From the IMG/VR virus record IMGVR_UViG_3300032291_003129: 64,000 nucleotides of DNA. One strand, written 5' to 3'. Under the pieces are notes generated by a model. It was given only the letters and a program-made list of their open reading frames with translations, was not told where the DNA came from and ran no database searches. This DNA is from an uncultured virus (IMG/VR IMGVR_UViG_3300032291_003129). Lineage: Duplodnaviria; Heunggongvirae; Uroviricota; Caudoviricetes. The position numbers and the translations under genes were made by a program. Below are positions 9,484 to 19,386 of this stretch, piece by piece (the first letter of the stretch is position 1; every line of letters starts with the position of its first letter).

Positions 9484-12285
9484 ATGATATCCACAGAAGA
9501 AATTGAATCGTTCCTACACGGAAACGACCCCGAAGAATTTATTGTCGCTATTGAATACGACTATCGCGAAAACTGCATCTACAAAATCAAAGAAATTCCT
9601 GGCAAAGGTAAAGAAATCCGAAAGGATACTTTTACACCATTCGCATGGGTTGGTGATTTACGTAATCTAAAATTTTATAATGATTCCAAATCTGCTCAGA
9701 AAGAAGCAATGACCAAATATGGTATTGTGATTGAAAAGTTGGATACACATAAAGATGAACGTCTCGAAAAAGGTTTGATGTTTATGGTAAAATCCCTTAA
9801 AGGATACCGTGAACTTATTCAGTTTTTTAGAGATGGTGGATGTGACCCATGGGGCGATAAGACAAAAGAAAAGATTATGATTCTACCTCCTGTAGAACAA
9901 TATCTTATTTCAAGAGAAAAAAGATTATTCAAAGGATTTGAAAATTATGACCAAGTAACCCGACTTGTATTTGACTTAGAGACGACCTCTTTAGAACCAA
10001 AAGACGGTCGTATATTCATGATTGGAATTAAGACAAATACAGGATACCATAAAGTTATTGAATGTATTGATGAATCTCAAGAGAGAGGTGCCATCATTGA
10101 ATTCTTTAAAATTATTAATGAATTAAAGCCAAGTATTATTGGTGGGTATAACTCAGCAAACTTTGACTGGCATTGGATATTTGAAAGATGTAGTATCTTA
10201 GGAATTGACCCAAAGAAAATATGTAAGTCATTACACCCACAACATTCGTTCACAAGAAAAGATAGTATGTTAAAACTTGCAAATGAGGTTGAGACATTTA
10301 CTCAGACTTCTATTTGGGGTTATAATGTTATTGATATTATTCACTCAGTTCGTAGAGCTCAAGCAATTAACTCAAACATTAAAGCTGCTGGTTTAAAATA
10401 CATTACTCAGTTTATTGATGCTGAAGCACCTGACCGTGTATACATTGACCATTTAGATATTGGTCCTTTCTACTCAAAGAAAGATGATTTTTGGTTGAAT
10501 ACTCAAAATGGTAAATACAAAAAAGTTGGGGTTGATTCTAATATTGATGATGCTTGCATAAAACGTAGTGATGTTTATATTAAAATTACAGGTGATAAGT
10601 TAGTTGAGATGTATCTTGACGATGACTTAGATGAAACTTTACTGGTTGATAAAGAATTTAATCAAGGTTCTTTCTTACTTGCCGCGATGATTCCAACAAC
10701 TTATGAAAGGGTTTCAACTATGGGTACTGCAACATTATGGAAGATGTTAATGTTAGCATGGTCTTATAAAAATAACTTGGCAATTCCTGCAAAACAATCA
10801 AAGACTGATTTTGTTGGTGGGTTGTCTCGTTTATTAAAAGTAGGTTATTCCAAGAATGTATTAAAACTTGACTTTAGTTCCCTGTATCCATCCATTCAGT
10901 TAGTACACGATGTATTCCCTAAATGTGATGTGACAGGCGCAATGAAAGGTATGTTGAAATATTTCCGTGATACTCGTATTAAGTACAAACAATTGGCCGA
11001 GGAGTTTTATGAATCAGACCGTAAGAAGTCTGAATCATATGGTAATAAACAATTACCTATTAAAATCTTTATTAACTCCATGTTTGGTGCGTTGTCGGCG
11101 CCACAAGTATTTGCTTGGGGTGACATGTATATGGGAGAACAAATTACTTGCACAGGACGACAATATTTACGTCAGATGATTAAGTTCTTTATGTCCCGTG
11201 GTTACACTCCTCTGGTGATGGATACGGACGGTGTAAACTTCTCCTTACCCGATGATGTGGAGGAAAGAAAGTATATTGGCCGTGGATTAAATTGGAAAGT
11301 AAAAGAAGGTAAAGAATTTACAGGACCTGAAGCAGATGTTGCAGAATATAACGACACATTCATGAGAGGTGAAATGGCTTTAGATTGCGACGGTACTTGG
11401 CCATCATGTATTAATCTTGCTCGTAAGAATTATGCAACTATGGATTATAAAGGTAAAATCAAACTTACTGGTAACTCAATTAAATCAAAGAAACTTCCGT
11501 TATACATTGAGGAGTTTTTGGATAAAGGTGTTAAGTTATTATTACAAGGTAATGGAAAAGAGTTTGTCGAGTACTACTATGAATATCTTCAAAAGATATA
11601 TGATAAAAAAATTCCTTTAAGTAAAATTGCTCAAAGAGCTAAGGTTAAGTTAACTATTGAGGACTACAAAAAACGATTAACTCAAAAGACAACTGCTGGT
11701 AATAGTATGTCTCGTATGGCTCATATGGAATTAGCAATACAACAAAATCTTGGTGTTAACCTTGGTGATGTAATTATGTATGTTAATAATGGAACTAAAG
11801 CTTCACAAGGAGATGTTCAAAAAATGACTGTTAAACAAATCAAGGATGCTAATACTTTAAACACATTTAATGACTCTAAGGCAAAACTTATTACTGACGG
11901 TGTTATGATTAATTGTTATATGTTAGATAAAGATATATTAGATAACGACCCAACTTTAACTGGCGACTATAATGTTCCAAGAGCAATTTCTACATTCAAT
12001 AAAAGAATTGAACCTTTAATGGTAGTATTCAAAGATGAAGTTAGAAACGGATTAATTGTAGACAAACCTGAAGATAGGGGTATTTTTACAACATCACAGT
12101 GTGAATTAATTAATGGTAATCCGTTAGGTGATGGTGACCAAGATAGTTTGGAAGAAGTAATGTCATTATCAGAAGGAGAACTCAAATATTGGGATAAGAG
12201 AGGACTCCACTCTGATTATATGTATAACTTAGCTGAAGATGGTTGGGAGGACAAATTAAGAGCCTTTGAGACCATCGGAAGATAA
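9484..12285 (+). CDS. polB: Family B DNA polymerase with 3'-5' exonuclease
   Basis: Exonuclease motifs FDLETT and GYNSANFD. Polymerase motifs DFSSLYPS, KIFINSMFG and MDTDG. Confidence 0.95.
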   Translation: MISTEEIESFLHGNDPEEFIVAIEYDYRENCIYKIKEIPGKGKEIRKDTFTPFAWVGDLRNLKFYNDSKSAQKEAMTKYGIVIEKLDTHKDERLEKGLMFMVKSLKGYRELIQFFRDGGCDPWGDKTKEKIMILPPVEQYLISREKRLFKGFENYDQVTRLVFDLETTSLEPKDGRIFMIGIKTNTGYHKVIECIDESQERGAIIEFFKIINELKPSIIGGYNSANFDWHWIFERCSILGIDPKKICKSLHPQHSFTRKDSMLKLANEVETFTQTSIWGYNVIDIIHSVRRAQAINSNIKAAGLKYITQFIDAEAPDRVYIDHLDIGPFYSKKDDFWLNTQNGKYKKVGVDSNIDDACIKRSDVYIKITGDKLVEMYLDDDLDETLLVDKEFNQGSFLLAAMIPTTYERVSTMGTATLWKMLMLAWSYKNNLAIPAKQSKTDFVGGLSRLLKVGYSKNVLKLDFSSLYPSIQLVHDVFPKCDVTGAMKGMLKYFRDTRIKYKQLAEEFYESDRKKSESYGNKQLPIKIFINSMFGALSAPQVFAWGDMYMGEQITCTGRQYLRQMIKFFMSRGYTPLVMDTDGVNFSLPDDVEERKYIGRGLNWKVKEGKEFTGPEADVAEYNDTFMRGEMALDCDGTWPSCINLARKNYATMDYKGKIKLTGNSIKSKKLPLYIEEFLDKGVKLLLQGNGKEFVEYYYEYLQKIYDKKIPLSKIAQRAKVKLTIEDYKKRLTQKTTAGNSMSRMAHMELAIQQNLGVNLGDVIMYVNNGTKASQGDVQKMTVKQIKDANTLNTFNDSKAKLITDGVMINCYMLDKDILDNDPTLTGDYNVPRAISTFNKRIEPLMVVFKDEVRNGLIVDKPEDRGIFTTSQCELINGNPLGDGDQDSLEEVMSLSEGELKYWDKRGLHSDYMYNLAEDGWEDKLRAFETIGR

Positions 12286-12591
12286 TATATACCAATTACC
12301 TGAGCAGAATCTAAATTCAACACAAGCGAATCGGTCCATTACGATTTCATCGTAATCTTCGTCTATCTTACCCACATCGGGTTTGATAGTTAAGTTTGTC
12401 ATTGTTTTTACCACTACGTGGTCAGTTGTTTTAGAATCTAAAATGACTGTAGATTCTGCAACATTTCTAATAATAATACATTCTTCACCATTGGTTCTAT
12501 ATTCTCTTTCAGAAACAATTGAAATTTCAGATGTCTGAAGAACTTCGCCATTAATCAATCTGGTTGACGGTATTGTTTTAAGTATTGCCAT
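12256..12591 (-). CDS. Hypothetical protein (beta-rich)
   Basis: 111-aa ORF immediately downstream of the neck gene, with a 30-bp convergent overlap with polB. Confidence 0.7.
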   Translation of the reverse strand: MAILKTIPSTRLINGEVLQTSEISIVSEREYRTNGEECIIIRNVAESTVILDSKTTDHVVVKTMTNLTIKPDVGKIDEDYDEIVMDRFACVEFRFCSGNWYILSSDGLKGS

Positions 12592-12595
12592 AATT

Positions 12596-13720
12596 TTAAA
12601 TTACATATATTTGACGAGGCATTGCTCTAAACTTCATTTGTTTGTTTAAGTTTTCGGCAATCAATGCTTCTCTTTCCATTACCTTATCAGGTCTCATTTT
12701 TGTTAACCATCCTTCAGCACCAATAAGTTCTTCTGTTAATTTAGATTTTTCATCTTTAGCTTCAGTAAGTAAACTCTGATAGTCCATTACGATTTCAGAA
12801 TCAGGTGTTTTTAAATTACCACTATACTTACCTCTAACTCTCGCTAAAGTTTCTTTACAATAGGCAGTAAACCATCTTCTTACCCATTGTTGACCTGGTA
12901 CATTTAAATCAATCCAAGTCAATTCCTCAATAGGAACATCTGTAGGTAATTTAATAATGTCAGGGTTATTTTTAAGACAGTCAGCTCTACTATCAGGCTC
13001 AACATCATAATACCAATACCATACGGCTTTACCTACGTATGCATTATAATTAGACCAATTAAATTTACCGCCTGGTGTATTGTACAAATGAATTGCTTTT
13101 TTACCGTCAGGTAAACCTGTTATTCTATATGTTAATGAACCACCTAAGATTCTATTAAGGATATTAGCTTCTTGCATTCTAATCAAGTAATCAAAACCTG
13201 ACATCATAAAATAAGACCCTTGGTAACCCATTTGTGCAAAACCCGCTTCGTTTGCTCCAAGTCCAACACCACCAAAACCACCAGCCATACCACCTAATCC
13301 AAATGCACTCCATGCTTGGTCACTGAACCATAATAATTCATTAACCTCACGTCCTGCAGGAATTTCATAAGTTTGTTGGTTTTTCTCAAGTATAAAGTAA
13401 TCTTTCTTTAAAACCCAAGGACCTTCAGTTTGAAGACCTACAATTTTAGAATATGAATAACTAAATTGTTGTTCAAAATCCATAGTTCTAGTAACAAGAG
13501 CTCTTGCTACAGACCTTTCGTTCATATTTAAATTAACAAGATTAACCCATTGAGAATCAATTAACCATTGAAGGATATATTCTTCATAATCCCCAATTGC
13601 TAACTCCATTAATGAGTCCATCATTTCATCCTCAAGTTCAACACTTCTAAGCGGTGCGCCGAGTTGATGTTTGATTCTCGTATAAATTTTACTTCTTTCT
13701 GGTTCTGGTATTGTTGACAT
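12596..13720 (-). CDS. Neck/head-completion protein (T4 gp13-like)
   Basis: N-terminal IKHQLGAPLRSVELEDEMMD and C-terminal WVRRW...LARVRGKY match the gp13-family pattern. Confidence 0.75.
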   Translation of the reverse strand: MSTIPEPERSKIYTRIKHQLGAPLRSVELEDEMMDSLMELAIGDYEEYILQWLIDSQWVNLVNLNMNERSVARALVTRTMDFEQQFSYSYSKIVGLQTEGPWVLKKDYFILEKNQQTYEIPAGREVNELLWFSDQAWSAFGLGGMAGGFGGVGLGANEAGFAQMGYQGSYFMMSGFDYLIRMQEANILNRILGGSLTYRITGLPDGKKAIHLYNTPGGKFNWSNYNAYVGKAVWYWYYDVEPDSRADCLKNNPDIIKLPTDVPIEELTWIDLNVPGQQWVRRWFTAYCKETLARVRGKYSGNLKTPDSEIVMDYQSLLTEAKDEKSKLTEELIGAEGWLTKMRPDKVMEREALIAENLNKQMKFRAMPRQIYVI

Positions 13721-13744
13721 ATCAAATAAATATCAATTAGTTTA

Positions 13745-15274
13745 TTATATATCGTATAGTAACGAGTCAATTGGAAACACAAAGTTTCCGTTAACAATTT
13801 TTGGTTTTTTATCAAATACCAAAATATTTTTTCCTTTTTGAAAAATCATTAGGTCGGTATTATAAAGTTTAACACTTGCAGTTCCTTCTAAAGTTATTCC
13901 ATCTTCTGAAACAATTTTATTTCTAAATGGTTTAACTTGAGCGGTATATGTTTTTCCGTCTTTAGTTATTTCCAAATCAACACCTTTAAGAGCATCTTTC
14001 TTACTTCCTAATTCACCTACTAATTCTACTTTAGCTTCTTTACCAAAATGTCTTTTTAATATTGCTGCCGTGATTTCTTCTCTCTTTGAACCTGCTTTAT
14101 CTTTCTCAGTTAATACTCTTAAAAGATTAATTAATGTTGCACTTTGTCTATCAAAAATTCTAAACTTAAAGTGATTCAACGCAGCCACAAATCTTTCAAC
14201 TTCTTTCTTTTGCTCAGCAGGAGTCTTACCCATAAACTCTATAGGTTGTTTTCCTGTGGTTGCAACAATCACTCTGTTTAAGTCTTTCAATAAGATACAG
14301 AATGAAGTGTAATTAGTGTTCAATTTGTTTAATACTGACCTCCCTGGTCCCTCAATATCGTATACTCCAGGTAGTTGGTCATTTTGTGGTTTTTCAATGT
14401 AATTCTCGTGAAATACCTCTTTCATTATTTTGTTGACTCCATTCATATAAGTCCACTTAACATCAGGATTTACGTTGAATAACATTCTGTAAAATTCGTT
14501 TTCTGAAGAACTACACATCTCTGACTTACCTTCAGTTAACACTTGTTTCATATCACGAGACTCTGATAACTTTGTTTCAACTTTCATTTCATACAACTTT
14601 GTAACAAAATCCCAGTTAACTACTTTCCAAAAGTTTGAAATGTATTCATCTCTTTTGTTTTTGTATTTTAGATAGTAAGCGTGTTCCCAAACATCTAAAC
14701 CTAATAAAGGAAATCCACCACCCTCAATCACATTCATTAATGGATTGTCTTGATTAGATGTGGACATAATTTTTAGAGTGTTTCTTGGTGTAAGAACCAA
14801 CCAAGCCCATCCTGAACCAAAACGGTCCTTAGCAATTTTTTCAAATTCTTTTTTAAAATTTGTAAACGTCCCCCACTGTTTCGTGATTTTTTTATAAAGT
14901 TCCCCCTTTAATGGTTTTGAGTTAGGGGTTAACATATTCCAAAACAATGCGTGGTTAAAAGCTCCACCTGCATTATTTCTTATGTCTTTATCAAAACGAC
15001 TGATTGTCTTGATTATTTTTTCCAAATCTAAATCACCGTATTTCTTTTTTGATAAAGCGTCATTTAGTTTGTCTACATAACCTTTGTAGTGTTTGTTGTA
15101 ATGAAAGTTCATTGTCTCTGAGTCAATAAACTGTTTCAATGCTGAATAAGAGTAGGGTAATTTTTCAATCCCAATCTTTTTCATTTCGGCTATCAACAAC
15201 TTTGTTTCTTTGTTAACGTGGTTTTCGTGTATTTGTTTTTCAAGTTGTTGGATTTGTTCTTCTATTTTTTTCAT
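13745..15274 (-). CDS. sodA: Mn-type superoxide dismutase fused to a C-terminal PD-(D/E)xK-like domain
   Basis: LPYSYSAL, FHYNKH, NNAGGAFNH, FGSGWAWL, NQDNP and DVWEHAYY motifs. About 270 extra C-terminal aa contain GVDLEITKDGKTYTAQVK. Confidence 0.88.
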   Translation of the reverse strand: MKKIEEQIQQLEKQIHENHVNKETKLLIAEMKKIGIEKLPYSYSALKQFIDSETMNFHYNKHYKGYVDKLNDALSKKKYGDLDLEKIIKTISRFDKDIRNNAGGAFNHALFWNMLTPNSKPLKGELYKKITKQWGTFTNFKKEFEKIAKDRFGSGWAWLVLTPRNTLKIMSTSNQDNPLMNVIEGGGFPLLGLDVWEHAYYLKYKNKRDEYISNFWKVVNWDFVTKLYEMKVETKLSESRDMKQVLTEGKSEMCSSSENEFYRMLFNVNPDVKWTYMNGVNKIMKEVFHENYIEKPQNDQLPGVYDIEGPGRSVLNKLNTNYTSFCILLKDLNRVIVATTGKQPIEFMGKTPAEQKKEVERFVAALNHFKFRIFDRQSATLINLLRVLTEKDKAGSKREEITAAILKRHFGKEAKVELVGELGSKKDALKGVDLEITKDGKTYTAQVKPFRNKIVSEDGITLEGTASVKLYNTDLMIFQKGKNILVFDKKPKIVNGNFVFPIDSLLYDI

Positions 15275-15315
15275 AATTTTGGATTATCCATTACATATAA
15301 ATAATCCGTTTTTCA

Positions 15316-17070
15316 TTAATGTCGCAGCTTATTGATTCTTTGTAAAATTTCTTCAGCAGCATCTGCGGGATTTTGATTGTCTCCCATGACAGTAGAAATC
15401 ACTAATTTCTTGTTATTTAATATATCATAGATGATTCCCTCAATTGTATTTTCAAAAATCGGGTAATAAACTAATACATTATTTTTTTGTCCGTAACGGT
15501 AAGCTCGGTCTTCAGATTGTGCATGGTCTGATGGTAGGAATGATAAGTCATTCATAATAACAGCTTCGGCTGCTGTTAAAGTTATACCAACACCAGCTGC
15601 TTTAATGTTTCCGACAAAAACTTTAACTTTGGGATTTTCTTGGAATTGGTCAACACTAAATTGTCTACTTGTCTTTGACATTGAACCATCTAACTTAACT
15701 GCTGTTTTTCCAAAATGTTCAGTAATTTTATTTAATGAGTCTGTAAAGTTACAAAATATGATAACTTTTTTATCTTGTTCAATAATGTTTTCGGCAATTT
15801 CAATTGTTTGAGTAATTTTTTCATCCGCAATAATTTGTCTTACTTTTGTCAATTTAGAAAATTGAACTGTTAATGATTTTGATTCGTCAGGATTCTTATC
15901 GTACCAGTCATAATAGTCTCCCATTACCTCCTCATATTGTTTTGATTTTAATTTAAGATATACAGGTGTAATAATCTTATCGGGTAAATCTAAAACATTT
16001 TCTTTTAATCTTCTTAATATTGTCCCTGATGTTCTATCTCTTAATTCTTCAAGGTTACTTGCACCCATAACATTCCAAACTTTTCTTGGTCCTGCTTTGA
16101 ATTGGTATCCTTCACAATATCTGATAACATAGGCCATCCAATTTTTGCTCACAGGTGAATCAACCAAACTTAATAAGTTGAAATAATCAATTGGTCTTGA
16201 AGTCATTGGAGTCCCCGTCAATAACCAAAGTCTATCAACATTCTTAACAATGTCGTTAATTAGTTTGGTTCTTTGAGCTTGAGCATTCTTAATGTAGTGT
16301 GCTTCATCAATAATGACTAAATCAAAGTTTGCCAAAAGAACTTGTGAGTCATCTTTTTTCTTTGGGTCATGAAAATTTTTAATGATATCGTAGTTAATGA
16401 TAACAAAATCAGAATCTGTACTAAAATTCTTTCCTTCCGCAATATAAACTAATTTGTTTGAATAATTTTCAATCTCTCTTTTCCAGTTAATTTTTAAAGT
16501 TGCTGGACAAATGATTAAAACTTTCTTTGACCCTGCTTCTAACGCTGCAATAATTGTTGATGTTGTTTTACCTAAACCCATGTCATCGGCCAAGATAAAC
16601 TTCTTATTCTCAACTAATTTTTGAATTGCCTCTTTTTGGTGATTCAATGGAGGTCTGTGGGAATATTTCTCGTAATCAATAACTACATTCTTAACTGTGT
16701 TATCTTTGATGACTGCAGCCTTAGGTAACCAAAAATCGTGAAGTTCTTCATTATCAAACACTTTACCCCAAATGTGAAACGCTTTTTCTTTTTCTGCCAA
16801 TAACTTTTCAACCCAAACTTTTTCAGGAATTTGTGTATATAATTTATCGTCAGCCAATTTCTGAGCGAAGTAAGCATCAAGTACCACCCACTTCTTTGCA
16901 ACCTTTGGTTGTTTGTCGTGGTTATTAATAATGTACTCGGACTGACTTCTTGTTGGGTAGAATTTTCTGTTAAGTTGTGACTTTCTTTTCAATTCTAACA
17001 AGTAGTTATTTCCACCTTCATAGGTTTCAAGTAACGTCATTGCCTTAGACTCTAAACTTATTTCTATCAT
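15316..17070 (-). CDS. SNF2-family (HARP/SMARCAL1-like) helicase
   Basis: LADDMGLGKT, IIDEAH, LTGTP and QSEDRAYRYGQ motifs. Confidence 0.92.
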   Translation of the reverse strand: MIEISLESKAMTLLETYEGGNNYLLELKRKSQLNRKFYPTRSQSEYIINNHDKQPKVAKKWVVLDAYFAQKLADDKLYTQIPEKVWVEKLLAEKEKAFHIWGKVFDNEELHDFWLPKAAVIKDNTVKNVVIDYEKYSHRPPLNHQKEAIQKLVENKKFILADDMGLGKTTSTIIAALEAGSKKVLIICPATLKINWKREIENYSNKLVYIAEGKNFSTDSDFVIINYDIIKNFHDPKKKDDSQVLLANFDLVIIDEAHYIKNAQAQRTKLINDIVKNVDRLWLLTGTPMTSRPIDYFNLLSLVDSPVSKNWMAYVIRYCEGYQFKAGPRKVWNVMGASNLEELRDRTSGTILRRLKENVLDLPDKIITPVYLKLKSKQYEEVMGDYYDWYDKNPDESKSLTVQFSKLTKVRQIIADEKITQTIEIAENIIEQDKKVIIFCNFTDSLNKITEHFGKTAVKLDGSMSKTSRQFSVDQFQENPKVKVFVGNIKAAGVGITLTAAEAVIMNDLSFLPSDHAQSEDRAYRYGQKNNVLVYYPIFENTIEGIIYDILNNKKLVISTVMGDNQNPADAAEEILQRINKLRH

Positions 17071-17136
17071 TTAAAATAAATGTTTGGGATAAATATAGTT
17101 GAAGTTTAAGTATTTATCAATAAATGGATTATTAAT

Positions 17137-17649
17137 ATGCAGAAATTAGTACCAATAACAAGATTAGGTAAATTCTTTGGTGCGGAAGATTATTCCCTTG
17201 ACATCGGTATGGGTGAAGAGTGGTTAATTGGCGACATGAATTTTAGTGTTGTGTTATACCGTGTTGATAGATACAGAACAAAGACTGATGACGTTTATGG
17301 TGAAGTATTAGAAGATGGAATTCAATTTATGTCTCCTATTCAATTGAATGGTTATGTTCAAATTATGGCACCAACTAATAAGTTGTTAGGTTCTTCATTA
17401 GTTAAACAAGATGAACCAGGTAATATGAAATTCTCAATTTACCAAAAAACTCTTGATGATATGCAAGTTAACATCTTAATGGGTGATTACTTTGGATATT
17501 ATGAAACAGAGGACAAAGTAAGATATTATACAGTAATAGATGACGGATTAGTTAAGTCAGATAACAAGCATACATATGGCGGGTACAAACCTTTCTATAG
17601 GACTATCATGGCAACATATGTAAGTGAAAATGAATTTAGAGGATTGTAA
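17137..17649 (+). CDS. Head closure/neck protein (T4 gp14-like)
   Basis: DDVYGE...F..P motif and position before the tail completion and sheath genes. Confidence 0.55.
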   Translation: MQKLVPITRLGKFFGAEDYSLDIGMGEEWLIGDMNFSVVLYRVDRYRTKTDDVYGEVLEDGIQFMSPIQLNGYVQIMAPTNKLLGSSLVKQDEPGNMKFSIYQKTLDDMQVNILMGDYFGYYETEDKVRYYTVIDDGLVKSDNKHTYGGYKPFYRTIMATYVSENEFRGL

Positions 17650-18062
17650 TGAAAGTAATCATAACAGAATCTCAGTTTGATTCTATCTTTATTGGTAAAA
17701 AAGTTATGGTTTATTATAATTTACATAAACAAACTTTCTCAGTTACGTATGACAGTAAAGTAATATTACATGCTGATTATGTTAAATTAGGTGATGTTGA
17801 ATTTAGGGTTAGACAAGGTGGAAAAGAAAGAGTTAGACAAGATAAGAGTAAAAACGTACATGCCTTTGTTATTGGAAGATTATTAGATTATTGTGAATAC
17901 CCTTGTGATGATATACCTTCATCACCATTTGGTAAGATTGTAACTTATAATCCGTACAAACATAATTCGTTTGTATATAAAGGTAGTGAAGAACCTGTTT
18001 ATAATGCCAAAGAGGTTGACATGATAAATTCACAAAATAAACTATTTGTAGTTAAAGAATAA
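17649..18062 (+). CDS. Phage hypothetical protein
   Basis: 137-aa ORF coupled to its neighbours by TAATG overlaps. Contains VYYNLHK and KNVHAFV. Confidence 0.7.
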   Translation: MKVIITESQFDSIFIGKKVMVYYNLHKQTFSVTYDSKVILHADYVKLGDVEFRVRQGGKERVRQDKSKNVHAFVIGRLLDYCEYPCDDIPSSPFGKIVTYNPYKHNSFVYKGSEEPVYNAKEVDMINSQNKLFVVKE

Positions 18063-19105
18063 TGCCATTACCAAGAGCACAAGTTAAACCAACATTACCG
18101 TTAGTTCCACATAAAGTGTTGTCTGCACGTAGAGAACAACTTTTGGAATACATTAATAAGGACGGTACTTATCTTCCTAAATCAGTATTACATGCTGACT
18201 TAGATAAAGGTATGCTTAACTTTGTTAAGGAAGACCTTGAGGTTACGACTGCGGGTAAAACAGTCCCGATGTTGGATATCATTATTACAACTCAAAACTG
18301 GGCTCAGTATACTGAAACTGCAATGTTTGTCGACCAAGACAACAATCCATCACCACCATTCATTACTGTTGTTAGAAACCCTGACGTTAAGTATGGTAGT
18401 AATCCATCATTAGTTTATACAATACCAAATAGAAAACAATTCTATTATGCATCTGTTCCAACATGGAATGGTAACGAACAAGGTATGGATATCTACACTA
18501 TACCACAACCAGTTCCTGTTGATGTAAAATACAGTGTAAAGATTGTTTGTAATAGAATGAGAGAACTTAACGAGTTGAATAAAGTCGTTATGCAAAAATT
18601 CTCTTCAAGACAGGCATATACATTTATTAAAGGCCAGTATGTTCCAATTATTATGGATAACATTTCAAATGAATCACAACTAACAATCGGTGAAAGAAAG
18701 TACTACATTCAAAGTTATGACTTCACGATGTTAGGTTATCTAATAGATGAAGATGAGTTTGAAGTAAAACCTGCGATTGCTAGAGTTACTCAATTAATTG
18801 AGATTGATACATCAACAAGAAGTCAAAGAAGAAAAAAATATCCAGAGAATGCAGACGAAGTTGCAATGAACTTTTTATATGTTAGTGGTAATACAGTTTT
18901 AACCGATGTAATGAATTACACTACTAATATGGCGTTTGTATCATCAAATAATATTGACACTTATGATGTTTATATTAATAATGATTACTACGGTACTGAC
19001 TTAGAAATTATTCAGATAACAACCAATGATATTTTAAGGATTGAAGTTACTAAAAATAATAATACTCAAGAAGCAAATATCTTATTTGAAAATAAGTTAC
19101 TTTAG
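18062..19105 (+). CDS. Tail completion/terminator protein (gp15-like)
   Basis: Position before the sheath gene and PQPVPVDVKYSVKI motif. Confidence 0.55.
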   Translation: MPLPRAQVKPTLPLVPHKVLSARREQLLEYINKDGTYLPKSVLHADLDKGMLNFVKEDLEVTTAGKTVPMLDIIITTQNWAQYTETAMFVDQDNNPSPPFITVVRNPDVKYGSNPSLVYTIPNRKQFYYASVPTWNGNEQGMDIYTIPQPVPVDVKYSVKIVCNRMRELNELNKVVMQKFSSRQAYTFIKGQYVPIIMDNISNESQLTIGERKYYIQSYDFTMLGYLIDEDEFEVKPAIARVTQLIEIDTSTRSQRRKKYPENADEVAMNFLYVSGNTVLTDVMNYTTNMAFVSSNNIDTYDVYINNDYYGTDLEIIQITTNDILRIEVTKNNNTQEANILFENKLL

Positions 19106-19263
19106 TCTTCTCCGTATATATCTTTCTTCTCCTTACATTTTTCAATGATTAAATTTTCCAAAAATTTATAAATCTTTATTCCCCTCTTATCACAGTACTT
19201 TTTTAGTATCTCGTGTGATTCAGGGGATATTTTAATATTCTTTATTTCCTTCTTTATTTTCAT
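19102..19263 (-). CDS. 53-aa ribbon-helix-helix-like DNA-binding protein (not in ORF track)
   Basis: Manual translation gives MKIKKEIKNIKISPESHEILKKYCDKRGIKIYKFLENLIIEKCKEKKDIYGED*. Correctly oriented TATTTATA upstream at 19298-19305 on the minus strand. Confidence 0.75.
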   Translation of the reverse strand: MKIKKEIKNIKISPESHEILKKYCDKRGIKIYKFLENLIIEKCKEKKDIYGED

Positions 19264-19386
19264 GGGCAGAAAAAAGGCAGAATTTATTCCTACCGTTTAT
19301 AAATAGATATACAAAAGTAAAGTTTTTTCATCTTATAATGAATATTTATCTATAAAATAAATCTGCATTAGAATAAAAATTAAATA

